Shown: piece by piece, positions 1-11,219 of the stretch
How the letters are laid out: every line of letters starts with the position of its first letter
Position numbering within the stretch: position 1 is the first letter of the stretch
DNA from: an uncultured Microthrixaceae bacterium
Lineage (GTDB): Bacteria > Actinomycetota > Acidimicrobiia > Acidimicrobiales > DATDAH01
Direction of reading: 5' to 3'
Assembly (NCBI GenBank): GCA_964470715.1
Contig: CAYYDZ010000001.1
Span: 3,960 to 67,959, forward strand
Length of the DNA: 64,000 bases
Translations under genes and position numbers: made by a program
The notes under the pieces: model-generated
The model's input: the letters and a program-made list of their open reading frames with translations, nothing else
What the model was told of the DNA's origin: nothing
Databases searched by the model: none

Positions 1-394
1 GGTACACGACCTCGGACTCGTACTGCGCGGTGACGCCGGCGAGGTACTTGCGCTCGGCCTCGGGGATGCCCAGCTTCTCGTAGGTGTTCTTGACCGAGTC
101 GGGCAGCTCGTCCCAGGCGTCCACCTGATGATCCGTGGGCTTGATGTAGTAGTAGATGTCGTCGAAGTAGATCTCGGACATGTCGCCGCCCCAGTTGGGC
201 ATGGGACGGCGCTGGAAGTGATCGAAGGACTTGAGGCGGATCTCGCGCATCCAGTCCGGCTCGCCCTTCATCCAGGACATCTCCTGGATGATCTCCTTGG
301 AGAGGCCGCGCTTGGGCTTGAAGACGTAGTCCTCCTCGTCACTCCAGCCCAACTTGTACCGCCCGAGGTCGAGGTCGAGCTCACTGGTGGCCAT
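1..394 (-). CDS. sufB: Fe-S cluster assembly protein SufB, N-terminal part (gene continues off the left edge)
   Basis: Absent from the ORF track because there is no stop in the window. Reverse translation from the ATG (complement of 392-394) gives MATSELDLDLGRYKLGWSDEEDYVFKPKRGLSKEIIQEMSWMKGEPDWMREIRLKSFDHFQRRPMPNWGGDMSEIYFDDIYYYIKP..., a typical SufB N-terminus. Confidence 0.85.
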   Translation of the reverse strand, partial: MATSELDLDLGRYKLGWSDEEDYVFKPKRGLSKEIIQEMSWMKGEPDWMREIRLKSFDHFQRRPMPNWGGDMSEIYFDDIYYYIKPTDHQVDAWDELPDSVKNTYEKLGIPEAERKYLAGVTAQYESEVVY

Positions 395-545
395 CGATGC
401 CGCTCCCTGGGTCGTTCGGTCGGCGAATTACTCCTACGCAGATAGTAACAAACCACCTACGCCTTGCCTCCTACAGGTGCCCACCGGCATGCCGATAGTG
501 CCAGGAGGGCGCGGCCGCGCCCCTGGGCCGAGTGCGATCGAGGCG

Positions 546-3413
546 ATGAGCACCACGACGACGACGACCGATGCGGAGGCGGGGCGCGCCGGCAACGTGG
601 CGACCCCGGGCTTCGAGGACGCGCCCGTCGGGCTGATCCTCGCCGACCCCACCGGCCGCGTGGTCGCCGCCAACGCCAAGTGGCGTGAGATCACCGGCTT
701 CTCGGGAGTGCTCCCCGTCGAGGAGCACGAGGCCTGGGCGCTGATCCACCCGGACGACCGTGAGGAGGTGCGGTCCGCATGGGCGGCCGCCCTGGCCGAG
801 GCCGGCGAGCTCGAGGTGCGGGCCCGCGTCGTCACCCGCGACGGCGCCGTGCGCTGGGTCGACACCCGCGCCACACCGGTGCGCGACCGGGTCGGCGGGC
901 TCGTCGGCTTCGCCGGCTCGTTGCTCGACCTGAGCCACGTCCTCGACCAGCAAGGTCGGCTGCCGCCCGCGGGCGACCTCCCGACCGAGGTGACCGACGT
1001 GCTCCCCCATGGGGTGATGGTCTACGCGCCCGACGGCACCATCGCCACCTGCAACACGGCCGCCCATGAATTGCTGGGGATCAGCCGCGAGGACCTGCTT
1101 GCCCTACGGGTCCCGTGGGCCACGTGGGATCCGATCGACGACGACGGGACGCCCCTCGCCCCGACCGACCTGCCCGTTGGTCGCGCGCTGCTCGGCGAAC
1201 CGGAGGCCAGTGCCATCGTGGGCTTCACCCCGCCCGGACGAGCACGGGTGTGGGTGGAGGCGATGGCCCGCCGCCTCGACGGGCGGACCGGCATCCTCCC
1301 GGAGGGGAGCGTCGTCGCCTCGTTCAACGACGTCACGCTGCGCAGGCGCATCGAGGAGAACCTGCGCGACAGCGAAGCCCACCTGCGCTCGCTCTCCGAA
1401 TCGGTGCCGGTGGGCGTGTTCCGCTGCAACCTCGACGGCCGCCTGACGTACGTGAACCCGAGATGGACGGAGATGACCGGGATCGAAGGACCCGACATCT
1501 TCCGGCTCCATGCCTTCGAGCTCATCCACCCCGACGACCGCGAGGCCACCCTCGATGACTGGGAGGCGACGCTGTCGAACGGGCTGCGCTACGACGGCCA
1601 GTTCCGCATCGTGGGCGTCGATGACGACCCCCGCTGGGTGCAGTGCCGCCTCAGCGTCGTTCGGGACGCCTTCGGCACCCCCACCGGCACGGTCGGCTCC
1701 TTCGAGGACGTGAGTGCGCTCGTCGCCGCCCGGGAGCAGAACGCCCGCCTGGCCACCATCGTCGAGTCCACCAGCGACCTCGTGGTCATGTTCGACGAGG
1801 CCACCGGCGACGTGCTGTACGTCAACGAGGCGGCCCGCGACCTGCTCGGCCTCGACGACGGCGACCTGACCGACCTGGCACTGCACGACCTCCTCACCGA
1901 GGAGTCGGACGGGATCTACGTCGAGGACGTGCGACCGGTGCTCCTACGAGGGGACACGTGGAGCGGCGAGCTCGTGATGTGCACCACCGCCGGCGAGCTC
2001 CGCCACGTGTGGCAGACCGTCGCCGGCGAGTTCGACAGCACGGGCGTGCTCGTGCGCGTGGCGACCATGGGCCGTGACGTCACCGACCGGCGCCTCGCCG
2101 AGAGCGAGTTGGCCCACCAGGCCACCCACGACCCCCTCACCGGCCTGCCCAACCGCTCCCTGCTGTTGAACCACCTCGCGCTCGCCATCGCCCGCTCGCA
2201 ACGCGACGCCACCCTGGTCGGGCTGCTGTTCCTCGACCTCGACCGCTTCAAGTCGGTCAACGACAACCGCGGCCACGACGTCGGCGACGAGTTGCTGCGC
2301 CAGGTCTCCCACCGCATCTCGGGCGTCCTACGCCCCGCCGACACCGTGGCCCGACTCGGTGGTGACGAATTCGTCGTGCTCTTCGACGAGGTCGAGAACG
2401 CCGACGACGCGCTGGCTGCCGCACGTCGCGTGTGCGAGGCCATCGAGGACCACCCCTTCCAGATCGCCAGCCTCGAGCTCGTGATGACCACGAGCGCCGG
2501 CCTCGCGGTCTCGACCCCGACCGACGACCCCGAGACCCTCATCCGCAATGCGGACGAGGCCATGTACCGGGCCAAGGAGAAGGGCCGGGCCTGCCTCGAG
2601 CTCTACGACGACGCGATGCGCCTGCGCACCAGCAACCGGCGCATGCTCGCCGAGCAGTTGAGCGCCGCCATCGCCGGCGGCCACATCGAGGTCGAGTACC
2701 AGCCGCAGGTCAACCTCCGCACCGGCGAGGTGGTCAGCGTGGAGGCGCTGGCCCGATGGAACCACCCGACCCGCGGACCGCTCGATCCCGCCGAGTTCAT
2801 CCAGCTCGCCGAGGACACGGGCCTGATCGTCGGCCTCGGCCTGAGCGTGCTGCACCAGGCGTGTGACGATGCGGCCCGCTGGCATCGCCAACTCGGTGCC
2901 CAAGCCCCACGCGTGGCCATCAACCTCTCGCTGCGTCAGCTCGCACAGAGCAACCTGCCCGAGTTGCTCACCGAGATGCTCACCCAGCTCGGCACGACGC
3001 CCGAACGCATCTGCCTCGAGGTTCCCGAGTCGGTGCTCGTGGGGGACGTGAACACCGCGATCGCCTCCCTGGAGGCCTTGGCCCGGGTTGGGGTCTCCCT
3101 GGCCATCGACAACTTCGGCAAGGGCGTCGCCTCCCTGCTCAACCTGCAGCGCCTCCCCGTGGACACCCTGAAGGTGGACCGATCGTTCGTCGACGGACTC
3201 GGCCCCGACCCGGAGGACTCGGCGATCGCCGCCGCCATCATCAGCCTCGCCCACAACCTCAACCTGGAGGTGATCGCCGAAGGCGTCGAGCGGGTCGAGC
3301 AGCTCGCCGAGCTGCGGGCGCTCGGGTGCGACGGCGGCCAGGGCTTCCTCTTCGCCAAGCCCATGCCCCCCGACGCCGTCCGCCCCTACTTCGGCCACGT
3401 GTACGCGGTCTGA
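546..3413 (+). CDS. Multi-PAS sensor diguanylate cyclase/phosphodiesterase (PAS x3-4, GGDEF, EAL)
   Basis: Lies in track ORF 354..3413. Repeated PAS-like blocks are present (W..ITG, IHPDDRE). GGDEF is intact (RLGGDEFVVLF). EAL signatures are intact (VEALARW, DNFGKG, LKVDRSF, EGVE, QGFLFAKP). The ORF start at 354 overlaps sufB. ATG 546 (MSTTTTTTD) has a weak GAGG upstream, and ATG 489 is an alternative. Confidence 0.9.
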   Translation: MSTTTTTTDAEAGRAGNVATPGFEDAPVGLILADPTGRVVAANAKWREITGFSGVLPVEEHEAWALIHPDDREEVRSAWAAALAEAGELEVRARVVTRDGAVRWVDTRATPVRDRVGGLVGFAGSLLDLSHVLDQQGRLPPAGDLPTEVTDVLPHGVMVYAPDGTIATCNTAAHELLGISREDLLALRVPWATWDPIDDDGTPLAPTDLPVGRALLGEPEASAIVGFTPPGRARVWVEAMARRLDGRTGILPEGSVVASFNDVTLRRRIEENLRDSEAHLRSLSESVPVGVFRCNLDGRLTYVNPRWTEMTGIEGPDIFRLHAFELIHPDDREATLDDWEATLSNGLRYDGQFRIVGVDDDPRWVQCRLSVVRDAFGTPTGTVGSFEDVSALVAAREQNARLATIVESTSDLVVMFDEATGDVLYVNEAARDLLGLDDGDLTDLALHDLLTEESDGIYVEDVRPVLLRGDTWSGELVMCTTAGELRHVWQTVAGEFDSTGVLVRVATMGRDVTDRRLAESELAHQATHDPLTGLPNRSLLLNHLALAIARSQRDATLVGLLFLDLDRFKSVNDNRGHDVGDELLRQVSHRISGVLRPADTVARLGGDEFVVLFDEVENADDALAAARRVCEAIEDHPFQIASLELVMTTSAGLAVSTPTDDPETLIRNADEAMYRAKEKGRACLELYDDAMRLRTSNRRMLAEQLSAAIAGGHIEVEYQPQVNLRTGEVVSVEALARWNHPTRGPLDPAEFIQLAEDTGLIVGLGLSVLHQACDDAARWHRQLGAQAPRVAINLSLRQLAQSNLPELLTEMLTQLGTTPERICLEVPESVLVGDVNTAIASLEALARVGVSLAIDNFGKGVASLLNLQRLPVDTLKVDRSFVDGLGPDPEDSAIAAAIISLAHNLNLEVIAEGVERVEQLAELRALGCDGGQGFLFAKPMPPDAVRPYFGHVYAV

Positions 3414-3496
3414 AGCCCGTCTGATCGCTCTTGCCCGAGGGGCGCCTCGCATCCTCGAGGCCCCGCTCGTCGCCCGCTTCGGCGCACCCGTGGCGC

Positions 3497-3540
3497 GATG
3501 CCTCGACCGAACCGCCCGAACCTGCCGGACGAACGTTCAG
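3497..3540 (-). repeat. Weak R1-like copy abutting the ABC exporter stop
   Basis: GATGCCTCGACCGAACCGCCCGAACCTGCCGGACGAACGTTCAGTC shares GCCGGACGAACG and GCCTC.GACCG with array unit 2. TCA 3537-3539 is the complement of the stop. Confidence 0.3.
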
Positions 3541-5317
3541 TCGCTCGGTGACCCGCTGGACCACGTGTCGAACAAGGCCCGGTAGCGGCCCTCCTGGGCC
3601 ACGAGGTCGTCGTGGGTGCCGATCTCGGCGAGGCCGCCGGCATCGACCACGCCGACCCGGTCGGCGCGCTCGGCGGTCGACAGGCGGTGGGCGATGACGA
3701 TCACGGTGCGACCCGCCATCAGGCGGTCCATGGCGTGCTCGACCAGGGCCTCGGTGCCGGGGTCGAGGCTGGAGGTGGCCTCGTCGAGGACCAGGACCGC
3801 AGGGTCGGCCAGCGCGGCACGAGCCAGGGAGACGAGCTGCTTCTCACCCGCGGAGAGCCGTGAGCCCCGCTCGCGCACCTCGGTCTCCAGTCCGTCGGGC
3901 AAGGAGGCGAACCGGTCGAGCACCCCGATGGTCTCGAGGGCGGCCTCGACGTCGGCATCGGAGGCGCCCTGGCGCCCGATGCGCACGTTGTCCCGGATGG
4001 ATCCGGCGAACAGGAAGCCCTCCTGGGGCACCACCACGATGCGCCGGCGCAGCGAGCGCATCGTGGCGTCGCGCAGGTCGACCCCGGCGAAGGTCACCCG
4101 ACCCCCGACGGGGTCGTACAAGCGCGAGCAGAGCTTGGCCAGCGTGGATTTTCCGGCGCCGGTGGGCCCGACCAGCGCCAAGCGCTCACCCGACGGGATG
4201 GTCAGGTCCACCGAGCGCAGCACGGGCGGGCCGTCGCCGTAGGCGAACGACACCCGGTCCACCACGAGGTCGCCCCGGGGTGCGAGGTCCACCGCCCCCG
4301 GACGCTCCTGCACCTCGACGGGCTCGTCGAGCACCTGGAACACCTTCTGGAGGCCGGCGCCGGCGGACTGCACGGTGTTGAAGAGCTGGCTCAACTGCTG
4401 CACCGGCTCGAAGAGGTTGGAGAGGGTGAGGACGAAGAAGGTGACGGTCCCGATGGTGACCGTGCCCTGGCTGACCAGCCAGCCGCCGACGCCGACCACC
4501 GCCGCAGTGGTGCCGATGCCGGCGAACTCGATGACGGGGAGGTACCAGGCCTGCACCTTCACCGACTGCATGTGGGCGTCGTAGAGCACCCGGTTGCGCT
4601 CGGCGAAGCGGCGGGTCTCCGTGCGCTCACGGCCGAAGGCCTGGATGACCCGGACGCCGGCGATGGACTCCTGGAGGTTCGAGAGCGTGCCGCCGATCTG
4701 GTCGCGCACCACGAGGTACGCCTCGTTCGAATCCCGCTGGAACTTGATGCTGGCGAGCACCACGAAGGGCAGCGCGATCAGGCAGACGAGGGCGAGCTGC
4801 CATGAGACGACGACGAGCACCACGATCGACAGGACGAGCAGCAAGACGTTGCTCACGAACTGGAGCAGTCCCATCTGGACGAGCTCGGCCATGGAGTCGA
4901 TGTCCGAGGTCATGCGCGACACGACCACCCCGGCCTTCTCCCGGTCGTAGAAGGGCATCGACAACCGCTGGAGCTTGTCGAAGACCCGCAGGCGGAGGTC
5001 GCGCAGGAACGACTCGCCCACCTGGCTCACGACCCGCACCTGGGACCGGTACACCACGTAGGCGACGATCGCGACGAGGACGTAGGCGATCACCGCAGCG
5101 TTGAGGGCGGCGGCGTCGCCCGGCGTGATGCCCTGGTCGATGCCGTAGCGGACGAGCAGTGGCCCGGCCAGCGTGGTCAGGGTCCACACCACGAGCAGCC
5201 CGCACGCGCCCACGACCTGGCGGCGGTACGGCCCCAGCATCCGCCCGGCGCGCCGCAGGACCCGCTTGGCCGCCTCGGCGTCCAGGCGGTCGGCCTCGTC
5301 GACCCCGACCTCGTGCA

Positions 5318-5321
<4 letters not shown>
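3537..5321 (-). CDS. ABC exporter, fused permease/ATPase (MsbA/type I exporter-like), subunit B of a heterodimer
   Basis: 594-aa ORF with an N-terminal 6-TM region. Motifs: Walker A GPTGAGKST, signature LSAGEKQ, Walker B VLVLDEATS. Confidence 0.9.
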
Positions 5322-7156
<1,835 letters not shown>

Positions 7157-7245
7157 GAGCTACGGGTGGGCACCGACGACGCGCCGCTGGTCACGGCGGT
7201 CGTCGCAGGGTCCGGGTGTCACCGCGTCAGGGTACGGCGCGGCGC

Positions 7246-7767
7246 TCAGTGCGACAGCAGGCGTTGTTCGTCCCGGTAGCGCCGGGCGCGCTCGACGTAG
7301 AGCTCGACGGCCTCGTCGAAGTTGCCCGGGGGCACCGCGTCGAGGCGCATCTTGGCCGGGACGCCGAGCGCCATGGCGAACGCCGGCACCTCGACGTCGG
7401 CCGAGACCACGGCGTTGGCCCCCACGAGTCCCCCGCTGCGCACCACCGCCCGGTGCAGCACCACGGATCCTGACCCCACCAGGCACCGGTCCTCGATGGT
7501 GCAGCCCTCGAGGTGGGCGTTGTGGCCGATGACGCACTCGGCGCCGATCACGGTGTCGTGTTGGCCGGTGGCGTGGACGATGGTGCCGTCCTGCACGGAC
7601 GTGCGGGCCCCGACCACGATCCAGCCGTCGTCGCCCCGCAGGACGGCGGTGGGCCACACCGAGGCGTGGGCACCGATCCGGACCTTGCCGATGACGACGG
7701 CATCGGGGTGGACGTAGGCGTCTGGGTGGATCTCGGGCTCGTCGGCTCCGAGGGCGTAGACGGGCAA
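7246..7767 (-). CDS. Gamma-carbonic-anhydrase-like / hexapeptide-repeat (LbH) protein
   Basis: 173 aa. The N-terminus IHPDAYVHPDAVVIGKVRIGAHASVWPTAVLRGD...GTIVH is typical of the YrdA/PaaY-type left-handed beta-helix family. Confidence 0.85.
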   Translation of the reverse strand: MPVYALGADEPEIHPDAYVHPDAVVIGKVRIGAHASVWPTAVLRGDDGWIVVGARTSVQDGTIVHATGQHDTVIGAECVIGHNAHLEGCTIEDRCLVGSGSVVLHRAVVRSGGLVGANAVVSADVEVPAFAMALGVPAKMRLDAVPPGNFDEAVELYVERARRYRDEQRLLSH

Positions 7768-7774
7768 CGGCAGA

Positions 7775-8278
7775 TCAGGGGGCGAAGCGCCCGTAGCCGC
7801 CCCGGTAGAAGATGAGGGGCAGGCCCTCGTTGGCGGCGTCGAGCTCGAGCACCCGGCCGATCACCACGAAGTGGTCGCCTTCGTCGTGCACCCGCTCGAT
7901 GGTGCAGTCGATGAAGCCCAGCACGTCGGCCAGCACCGGCGAGCCGGACGCACCGGGGCGGTACCCGACGCCGGCGAACTTGTCGTCGCTCTTGCTGGCC
8001 ATCACCCGGCAGACGTCCTCTTGTTCCGAGGACAAGATGTTGGCGCAGAAGCCACCCGACGCCTCGATCAAGGGCCAGCTCGATGAGGACTTCTGGGGGC
8101 AGAACAGGACCAACGGCGGATCGAGCGAGACCGACGAGAACGAGCCGATGGCCATGCCCACGGGCGCGCCCTCGTGCATCCCCGTGATCACCGTGACCCC
8201 CGTGGGGAAGTGGCCCAGGACGTTGCGGTAGTGGGCGGCGTCGATGCCCCCGGTGTCCGAGCTGGTGGGGTTGGTCAC
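7775..8278 (-). CDS. Flavin reductase family protein (FMN-binding split barrel)
   Basis: 167 aa. Contains HFPTGVTVITG...PVGMAIGSFSSVSLDPPLVLFC, the characteristic flavin reductase-like domain. Confidence 0.85.
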   Translation of the reverse strand: MTNPTSSDTGGIDAAHYRNVLGHFPTGVTVITGMHEGAPVGMAIGSFSSVSLDPPLVLFCPQKSSSSWPLIEASGGFCANILSSEQEDVCRVMASKSDDKFAGVGYRPGASGSPVLADVLGFIDCTIERVHDEGDHFVVIGRVLELDAANEGLPLIFYRGGYGRFAP

Positions 8279-8308
8279 GCTGGCTCCTCTTTCAGGGTCG
8301 CAGGCTGG

Positions 8309-8342
8309 GCGCTCACGGTCGTGGGCTCCTCGCTCACGGTCG
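8309..8342. promoter_or_regulatory. Direct 13-bp repeat pair upstream of the flavin reductase gene
   Basis: GCGCTCACGGTCG (8309-8321) and TCGCTCACGGTCG (8330-8342) are spaced 21 bp start-to-start, about two helical turns. They lie 31-64 nt upstream of the start at 8278. Confidence 0.25.
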
Positions 8343-8373
8343 CCGACTCGCCCTTGGTGGTCGGCGCCCGACC

Positions 8374-9234
8374 TTAGTGAGGAACGGCGACGGGCGACCC
8401 CAGCGAGACCGTGAGGCCCTCCTGGGCGCAGATCACCTCTTCGACCCGGTGGGCGTCCTCGAGGCCCCGCGCGTAGGCGGTGAGCTCATCGAGGGCGCCG
8501 TCGTGGTGGCCCGGGTCGTGGTGGAACAGCACCAGGCGCCGGGCGCCCGCCTCGGCGGCCACGTGGACGGCGTAGTCGATCGTGCAGTGCCCCCAGTGCG
8601 GCTTCTCGGTGAACTCGGCGCGAGTGAACTGCGAGTCGTGGATGAGCAGGTCCACCCCGTCACAGAGCTCGAGGACCGAGTCGGCGATCGCGAGGCTGCC
8701 GTCCAGCGGCTGCTGGTGGTCGCTGACGTAGGCGACGCTGACGCCCTCCCAGTCGATGCGATAGCCGTTCGTGAGCCCGACATGGGGAACCTGGCGGGCC
8801 CGGACCTTCGCATCGCCGACGGCGAAGTCCGCATCCACCACGTCGTGGAAGGTGACGTCGCCCTCGAGGTCGGCGATGCCCACAGGGAAGTACGGCGGAC
8901 ACATGAAGGTGTCGAAGGCGGCCTCGAGTTCGAGGCCGGGCTGCGACGGCCCGTAGATGTCGAGCCGGCTGCCCGAGCGGTGCAGCGGGGAGAAGAAGGG
9001 CAGGCCCTGGACGTGGTCCCAATGGAGGTGGGTGACGAGGGCCGCACCGCGGAAGGGCTCGCCGCCGTCGAAGGTCTCGCCCCAGAAGCGCAGGCCGGTG
9101 CCGAGGTCGAGGACGATGGGGTCGCCGCCGGGGGCGTCGAGGACGACGCACGCGGTGTTGCCGCCGTAGCGCTGGTTGGCGGCGCACGGGCACGGCGTGG
9201 AGCCGCGGACCCCGAAGAACGTGACGTTGAGCAG
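8374..9234 (-). CDS. MBL-fold metallo-hydrolase; start apparently non-canonical (CTG)
   Basis: Track ORF 8374..8904 is only the C-terminal part. The same frame upstream reads LLNVTFFGVRGSTPCP...VLDLGTGLRF...THLHWDHVQGLPFF (HxHxDH motif). An in-frame TAG lies at 9264-9262. No ATG, GTG or TTG occurs in frame before 8904. A strong GGAAGGGGGG lies just upstream of the CTG at 9234. Confidence 0.75.
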   Translation of the reverse strand: MLNVTFFGVRGSTPCPCAANQRYGGNTACVVLDAPGGDPIVLDLGTGLRFWGETFDGGEPFRGAALVTHLHWDHVQGLPFFSPLHRSGSRLDIYGPSQPGLELEAAFDTFMCPPYFPVGIADLEGDVTFHDVVDADFAVGDAKVRARQVPHVGLTNGYRIDWEGVSVAYVSDHQQPLDGSLAIADSVLELCDGVDLLIHDSQFTRAEFTEKPHWGHCTIDYAVHVAAEAGARRLVLFHHDPGHHDGALDELTAYARGLEDAHRVEEVICAQEGLTVSLGSPVAVPH

Positions 9235-9313
9235 CGCTTCCCCCCTTCCTCGGTGGAGAGCCTAACGAAGCCGACCGGCCCTCGGGACGCAGCCGCCGTG
9301 CCAAGCTCACGCG

Positions 9314-10180
9314 GTGGAACCTCGCACCGTCACCGTCCGCGGTACCGAACTCGCCTGTCTCGAGGCCGGCGAAGGCCCGCTCGCCCTCTGTCTGCACGGC
9401 TTCCCCGACACCGCCCGCACCTGGCGCCACCTCCTCCCCCGCCTCGCGGACGCCGGCTTCCACGCAGTGGCGCCGTTCAACCGTGGGTACGCGCCCTCTG
9501 CGGTGCCCGTCGACGGCTTCTTCCAGGCCGGTGCGTTGGCGGCCGACGCGAACGCGCTGCACGACGCCCTGGACGGCGACGGCGACGCCGTCGTCGTCGG
9601 CCACGACTGGGGGGCGGTGGCGGCCTACGGCGCCGCCGGCAGCGCCCCCGAGCGATGGCGCACGGTCGTCGGCCTGGCCGTTCCGCCCGCCAACGAGATG
9701 CTGGCCGCCTTCGTCGGGTACGACCAGCTGAAGCTGTCCTGGTACATGCACGTGTTCCAGAGCCCCTTGGCCGAGGTTCTGGTGCCCGGTGACGACTTCG
9801 CCTTCCTCGACCGCCTCTGGCAGGACTGGTCGCCCGGCTACGACGCCGCCGAGGACGTGGTTGCGGTCAAGGACGCGCTCCGCGGTCCGGGTCACGTCGC
9901 GGCGGCGCTGGGGATCTACCGGGCTGCCCTGGGCAACGCCCCGCTCGACCCCGACCTCGCGGCGGAGCAGGCGGCCTGCGGTGCGCTCCCGTCCCAGCCC
10001 ACGCTCTACCTCCACGGCGAGGACGATGGGTGCCTCGCGGTGGCCACTGCCCGGTCGAGCGAGTCCGCCTTCGATCGCCCGGGCTCGAGGTTCGAGGTCC
10101 TGGCCGACGTGGGCCACTTCCTGCACCTCGAGGCGCCCGACACCGTGAACGACCGCATCCTCTCCTTCCTCGCCGGCTGA
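9314..10180 (+). CDS. Alpha/beta hydrolase (epoxide-hydrolase-like fold)
   Basis: 288 aa with a GTG start. Contains LCLHGFPDTARTWRHLLPRLADAGFHAVAPFNRGY, HDWG and a C-terminal GHFLHLEAP. Confidence 0.85.
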   Translation: MEPRTVTVRGTELACLEAGEGPLALCLHGFPDTARTWRHLLPRLADAGFHAVAPFNRGYAPSAVPVDGFFQAGALAADANALHDALDGDGDAVVVGHDWGAVAAYGAAGSAPERWRTVVGLAVPPANEMLAAFVGYDQLKLSWYMHVFQSPLAEVLVPGDDFAFLDRLWQDWSPGYDAAEDVVAVKDALRGPGHVAAALGIYRAALGNAPLDPDLAAEQAACGALPSQPTLYLHGEDDGCLAVATARSSESAFDRPGSRFEVLADVGHFLHLEAPDTVNDRILSFLAG

Positions 10181-10261
10181 CCTCGCCGTGGCCCCGGGCG
10201 CGACGGCGCCCCGCCACCCGAGGGTGACGGGGCGCACCGGGCGCGTGTCGGCCGAGCAGTC

Positions 10262-10400
10262 TCAGCCGGCGGTGGTCGTGGTGGTCGCCCCGGCCGACGT
10301 GGTGGTGGTCGAACCACCCGCGGTCGTCGTGGTGGTCGACCCACCGTCGGTGGTCGTGGTGGTGTCGCCGCCGGCCGAGGTGGTGGAGGTGGTGTCCTCG
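10262..10400 (-). repeat. Degenerate roughly 30-bp tandem repeats encoding the Thr/Gly-rich tail of the ferritin-like lipoprotein
   Basis: GGTGGTCGTGGTGGTCG-type units recur, encoding TTSTTSAGGDTTTTTDGGSTTTTTAGGSTTTTSAGATTTTTAG. Confidence 0.6.
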
Positions 10401-11191
10401 ACTCCCACGAAGGCGTCCTCGGGGATGCGGTCGTCCACGGGTAGGAACGCCACCGGCACCTGCTCGGCGTTCTGGAACCCACGCAACACCGCCATGTGGC
10501 GGGCCTCGACGCCGCCGATGCCCATGATGGCCTGGCGCAGGGTGGTGGTGGAGAGCTGCCCCGCCGCCCAGGCGTAGGTCTCGGCCGCGGCGGTCTCGAG
10601 GGTCAGGGCCAGATCGATCACGCTGTCCTGGTCGGTGAGGTCGGCGAGGGCGGGGTCGATGACCGACTCCTGGAGGAAGCTGTTGGCCTCGGTGTACTCG
10701 GTGCCGCCCAGGTCGGTGGTGGCCTGCTGGAGGGCGCTGGCGTGGTCGTCGTGCTGGTCCCGGAAGAGCACCGCGGCGTCGACGACGTCCGGCGTGATCA
10801 CGAGACCCGAGTCGATGGCGGCCTGGTAGGTGTTCACCGCCAGGATCTCGAGCGACGTCGCGGTGCGCAGCAGGTCGAGGTCGAAGTCCGTGTCGGCCGG
10901 GTCCGCCGTGGTCGTGGTGGCGTCGTTCGGCGCGCCGCTCTCGGACACGTCGGGCACCGCCTCGCTGCCACAGGCGGCAAGGACTGCCGCGCCGAGGACC
11001 GTGGCCCCGCCGATCTTGAGGAACCCACGGCGCGACGGGACGCCGAGGAGCTGGGCCTTGGCCGACGACGGCAGGGCGTTGTCGCTGCCGAAGATGCGCA
11101 GCAGGGCCTCACGCCACGGGGCCATGGCGGCGTCGTGCTCGATGCGGGCCGCACGGAGCTGGCGGCGCACCTCGTCTCGGGAGTGGTTCAT
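10262..11191 (-). CDS. Tat-signal lipoprotein with ferritin-like (Ferritin_2-type) domain and Thr/Gly-rich C-terminal tail
   Basis: Lies within track ORF 10262..11581. Start taken at ATG 11191 (MNHSRDEV) with GAGAGGAA upstream. Twin-arginine motif SRRGFLKIGG is followed by lipobox LAAC. Ferritin-like blocks: LDLLRTATSLEILAVNTYQAAI, FRDQHDDHASAL, LALTLETAAAETY, GVEARHMAVL. The tail is (G)GSTTTTT repeated. Confidence 0.75.
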   Translation of the reverse strand: MNHSRDEVRRQLRAARIEHDAAMAPWREALLRIFGSDNALPSSAKAQLLGVPSRRGFLKIGGATVLGAAVLAACGSEAVPDVSESGAPNDATTTTADPADTDFDLDLLRTATSLEILAVNTYQAAIDSGLVITPDVVDAAVLFRDQHDDHASALQQATTDLGGTEYTEANSFLQESVIDPALADLTDQDSVIDLALTLETAAAETYAWAAGQLSTTTLRQAIMGIGGVEARHMAVLRGFQNAEQVPVAFLPVDDRIPEDAFVGVEDTTSTTSAGGDTTTTTDGGSTTTTTAGGSTTTTSAGATTTTTAG

Positions 11192-11219
11192 GGGTCGCGT
11201 TCCTCTCGTCTCGGGGCGG

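Noticed and set aside
8433-9047. Track ORF 8433..9047 (-, 204 aa), considered as the missing N-terminal part of the MBL hydrolase.
   Set aside because: It is in a different frame and gives a Ser/Thr/Arg-rich nonsense translation. The MBL motifs continue in the frame of ORF 8374..8904 upstream of its first ATG.
10181-10261. Additional R1-like copies in short convergent spacers (10181-10261, 29518-29550). Also the recurring TGACC(T/G)C after plus-strand stop codons.
   Set aside because: The similarity is limited to a few GC-rich bases and could reflect general post-stop composition bias. It is too weak to count as repeat copies without statistics.
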